Part shown: piece after piece, positions 61,841 to 64,000 of the stretch
Layout: each line of letters begins with the position of its first letter
Position numbering within the stretch: position 1 is the first letter of the stretch
Assembly (NCBI GenBank): GCA_034521595.1
Contig: JAXHMG010000003.1
Span: 576,001-640,000, forward strand
Reading direction: 5' to 3'
Length of the DNA: 64,000 nt
From: Gemmatimonadota bacterium
Lineage (GTDB): Bacteria > Gemmatimonadota > Gemmatimonadetes > Longimicrobiales > Gaopeijiaceae
Notes under the pieces: model-generated
What the model saw: only the letters and a program-made list of their open reading frames with translations
Database searches by the model: none
Told to the model about the DNA's origin: nothing
Program-made: the position numbers and the translations under genes

Positions 61841-64000
61841 CTAGAACCCGAATCGCAACGAGGCCGTCCATGTCGTCGCCGGGGGAAGGTGCTCCTGTTG
61901 GTTGATGACCAGGCAGCTGTGGCCCGTGTTGCAGCCGACCTCTGGCCCCAGGACCTTCCAGTCGTCGTTGAGCCATTTCCAGACGTTTCGGCCCGATACG
62001 GTGAGGGTCGGATTGGTGACACTCGTCCAGAACGAGAGCGGGATCTGCACGGAGAGGTTCCGAAGCTTGAAGAAGTCGCCACGGTTCATGGGCAGACCGC
62101 TCCGCTCGTACTGCTGGAGACAGCGGTTTCGCTCCGAGGCCGTGATCTCGTCGAGGCGCCCGGAGTCGAACAGCTGCCTGATCTCGATGCAGCTCGGCCA
62201 GAACGATTCCCCCCGACCGATCTTTCCGTTGGTATTACTGTCCTCGATGAAGTGCCCTCCCAGGTACTCACCCCGGGCGCTCACCCGGACCCCCAGCGGG
62301 AGCCGGAACGACATGCTCGGCGAGAGGGTCAGCGTGGGCTGTGTGGCCCCCCAGCAGAAGTCCTCCTGATACTCGGGATCCGCGAACTCGTCGGGGTTGA
62401 GGATTCTCGGCCCGCAAATCACCGGAGCCGGGTGTCCTTCCCGAACGAAGACCTCACCACCGACGGAAAATTCCGGTGCTTCTCCAAGATCCAGAACCTC
62501 GCTGCTGTGCGTGGCCAGTTGCAGCCCCACGTCCCAGGAGAAGTTCGACCTCTGAACGACGGCTCCGTCGAGTGACAGCTCGATGCCCCGGTTCTGGAGC
62601 TCGCCTACATTCTCGAGCTGGGACTGCCAGTTACCGGCCGATGGTGCCCTCCGCACCGGGAACAGGGCGTCAGTGGTCGTCTGGTCGTAGAACGTGAACA
62701 CGACCGCGAGCCGGTCGCTCAGGAAGCTTCCGTCGAAGCCCATCTCGAACTCCTGCGTCCTCTCCGGCCCGAGCTCGGGATTTCCGGGGTTCGCCGGCAG
62801 GAACCCGGAAGCACCCGCGATCTTCACGGGGCTCCAGGTACGCACTGCGTCGAAGGCTCCGGGGGCCCGACCCGATTGCCCGAACGCGGCGCGGAGCTTG
62901 AGCGTACCCCAGTCCGAGCTCCAGAATGATTCGTCCGAGACCACGTAGGACATGGTGGCCTTCGGATACGGCTGAAGGCCAAAGCCCTCACCGAACGCGC
63001 TGTTGCCATCCACCCTCAGTCCTAGGGTGAGGAAAAGCCGGTCCTGGTAACCGATACGATCCTGGACGAAGAGCCCGCCGTTGATGACGCGCATGCGCTC
63101 TTCGAACGATAGGCTCACGGCACCCGACGACAGCGTCGCCTCCCCGGGGTTGGGAAACTGGTCCGCGTTGCCCGTCGTGCTGGTCTCCTCGGTCTCCACG
63201 AGCTGTCCGCCGGCCGAGAACGTCGTGGACCAGTCCGAACCCAGCGGCTGCGTGTAGTTGGCCGCGTAGTCCACCGTCAGGGTCTCACCCACCCAGCGGG
63301 TGACGGCGCGGCGCCCGTCCGGTTGGAGGATGAAGCCGAAGGGCCGGAAGTTCTGCCCCTCGGTGTACGCTCGGTCAAAGCCCACCGTGAGCCGTTGATC
63401 AAGCCGATCCCCCAACGCATGACGGAAGGTCAGGCCCGTCGTGAAATGGTTGATGTCCGTGAAAATCTCGTAGTCCAGCAACGCATTGATGTTTTCTCTG
63501 CGAGTCGGCACGGCTCCGGTGTAGCTCGTCGATGGACGCCACGCATTCAGCGTCACGCCCTGGGCGTTGTCCCCGGCCGGCGTGTTGGAGATGCGCTCGT
63601 CCAGGTACGACGTGTTCCAATCGGCCGTTATGTCCCAGCCCAGCGAGAATTGAAAGTTCCCGCGGAGGGAGAACGCCTTCTCATGGTCGTTCACCAGCGG
63701 AAAATTCACGTCTCTCAGCTTCCCGGACAGGAAGTACGAGATGTCCTCAAGGCCGCCCCGCACGTCGCCGAAGTACTCCTGACCCCATGCGTTGCGGAGC
63801 CAGTGCCGGTCCATGTACATGAAGTCGGAGTTTCCCAGCACCTGACCGTCGGTGTCCTCGAACTCGAAGTTCTCCGCGCCGAACTTCTGCATGTGCCGGA
63901 GGCTTTGAGATGTCCCCACTGAGAACTGGGGGCTTCCGCTGGTGCCGCGCTTCGTGAAGATCTGGATCACCCCGGCCGAGGCCTCCGTTCCGTACAGCGA
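61841..64000 (-). CDS. SusC/RagA TonB-dependent receptor (5' part outside the window)
   Basis: LYGTEASAGVIQIFTKRG plug motif, GNPELGPE, NVGELQNRGIE, terminal F. Confidence 0.93.
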   Translation of the reverse strand, partial: SLYGTEASAGVIQIFTKRGTSGSPQFSVGTSQSLRHMQKFGAENFEFEDTDGQVLGNSDFMYMDRHWLRNAWGQEYFGDVRGGLEDISYFLSGKLRDVNFPLVNDHEKAFSLRGNFQFSLGWDITADWNTSYLDERISNTPAGDNAQGVTLNAWRPSTSYTGAVPTRRENINALLDYEIFTDINHFTTGLTFRHALGDRLDQRLTVGFDRAYTEGQNFRPFGFILQPDGRRAVTRWVGETLTVDYAANYTQPLGSDWSTTFSAGGQLVETEETSTTGNADQFPNPGEATLSSGAVSLSFEERMRVINGGLFVQDRIGYQDRLFLTLGLRVDGNSAFGEGFGLQPYPKATMSYVVSDESFWSSDWGTLKLRAAFGQSGRAPGAFDAVRTWSPVKIAGASGFLPANPGNPELGPERTQEFEMGFDGSFLSDRLAVVFTFYDQTTTDALFPVRRAPSAGNWQSQLENVGELQNRGIELSLDGAVVQRSNFSWDVGLQLATHSSEVLDLGEAPEFSVGGEVFVREGHPAPVICGPRILNPDEFADPEYQEDFCWGATQPTLTLSPSMSFRLPLGVRVSARGEYLGGHFIEDSNTNGKIGRGESFWPSCIEIRQLFDSGRLDEITASERNRCLQQYERSGLPMNRGDFFKLRNLSVQIPLSFWTSVTNPTLTVSGRNVWKWLNDDWKVLGPEVGCNTGHSCLVINQQEHLPPATTWTASLRFGF

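Overview
High-GC bacterial chromosomal segment. Gene content and order suggest Gemmatimonadota (Longimicrobiales-like), but that is an inference. About 2.4-27.8 kb is a large type IVa pilus locus. It has PilS/PilR, a GT2 polyprenol-phosphate glycosyltransferase, a TMTC-like (DUF1736+TPR) protein O-glycosyltransferase and two tandem Ser/Thr-rich major pilins behind a sigma54 promoter. It also has a second histidine kinase/sigma54 regulator pair, two FimT-PilV-PilW-PilX minor-pilin sets separated by an antisense MFS/spermidine-synthase-like fusion, and pilMNOPQ. A second GT-C gene is transcribed divergently at its left edge. Housekeeping genes follow: aroC, aroK, topA, trmFO, xerC, hslVU, argF, gcvT, mog and a sigma54 activator. 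Next is a minus-strand proteostasis cluster (dnaK, degP, tRNA-Leu, tig, clpP, clpX, lon, engB), then rhomboid, PNP, thiD, TrmH and pilD. The window ends with an S9 peptidase, a heme-c/copper-monooxygenase fusion and a SusCD pair. The best candidate for an undescribed system is a TMTC-type pilin O-glycosylation pathway coupled to a dual-pilin, dual-tip pilus. Three single-base homopolymer frameshifts suggest long-read assembly errors. No CRISPR array, rRNA, prophage or IS element was seen.
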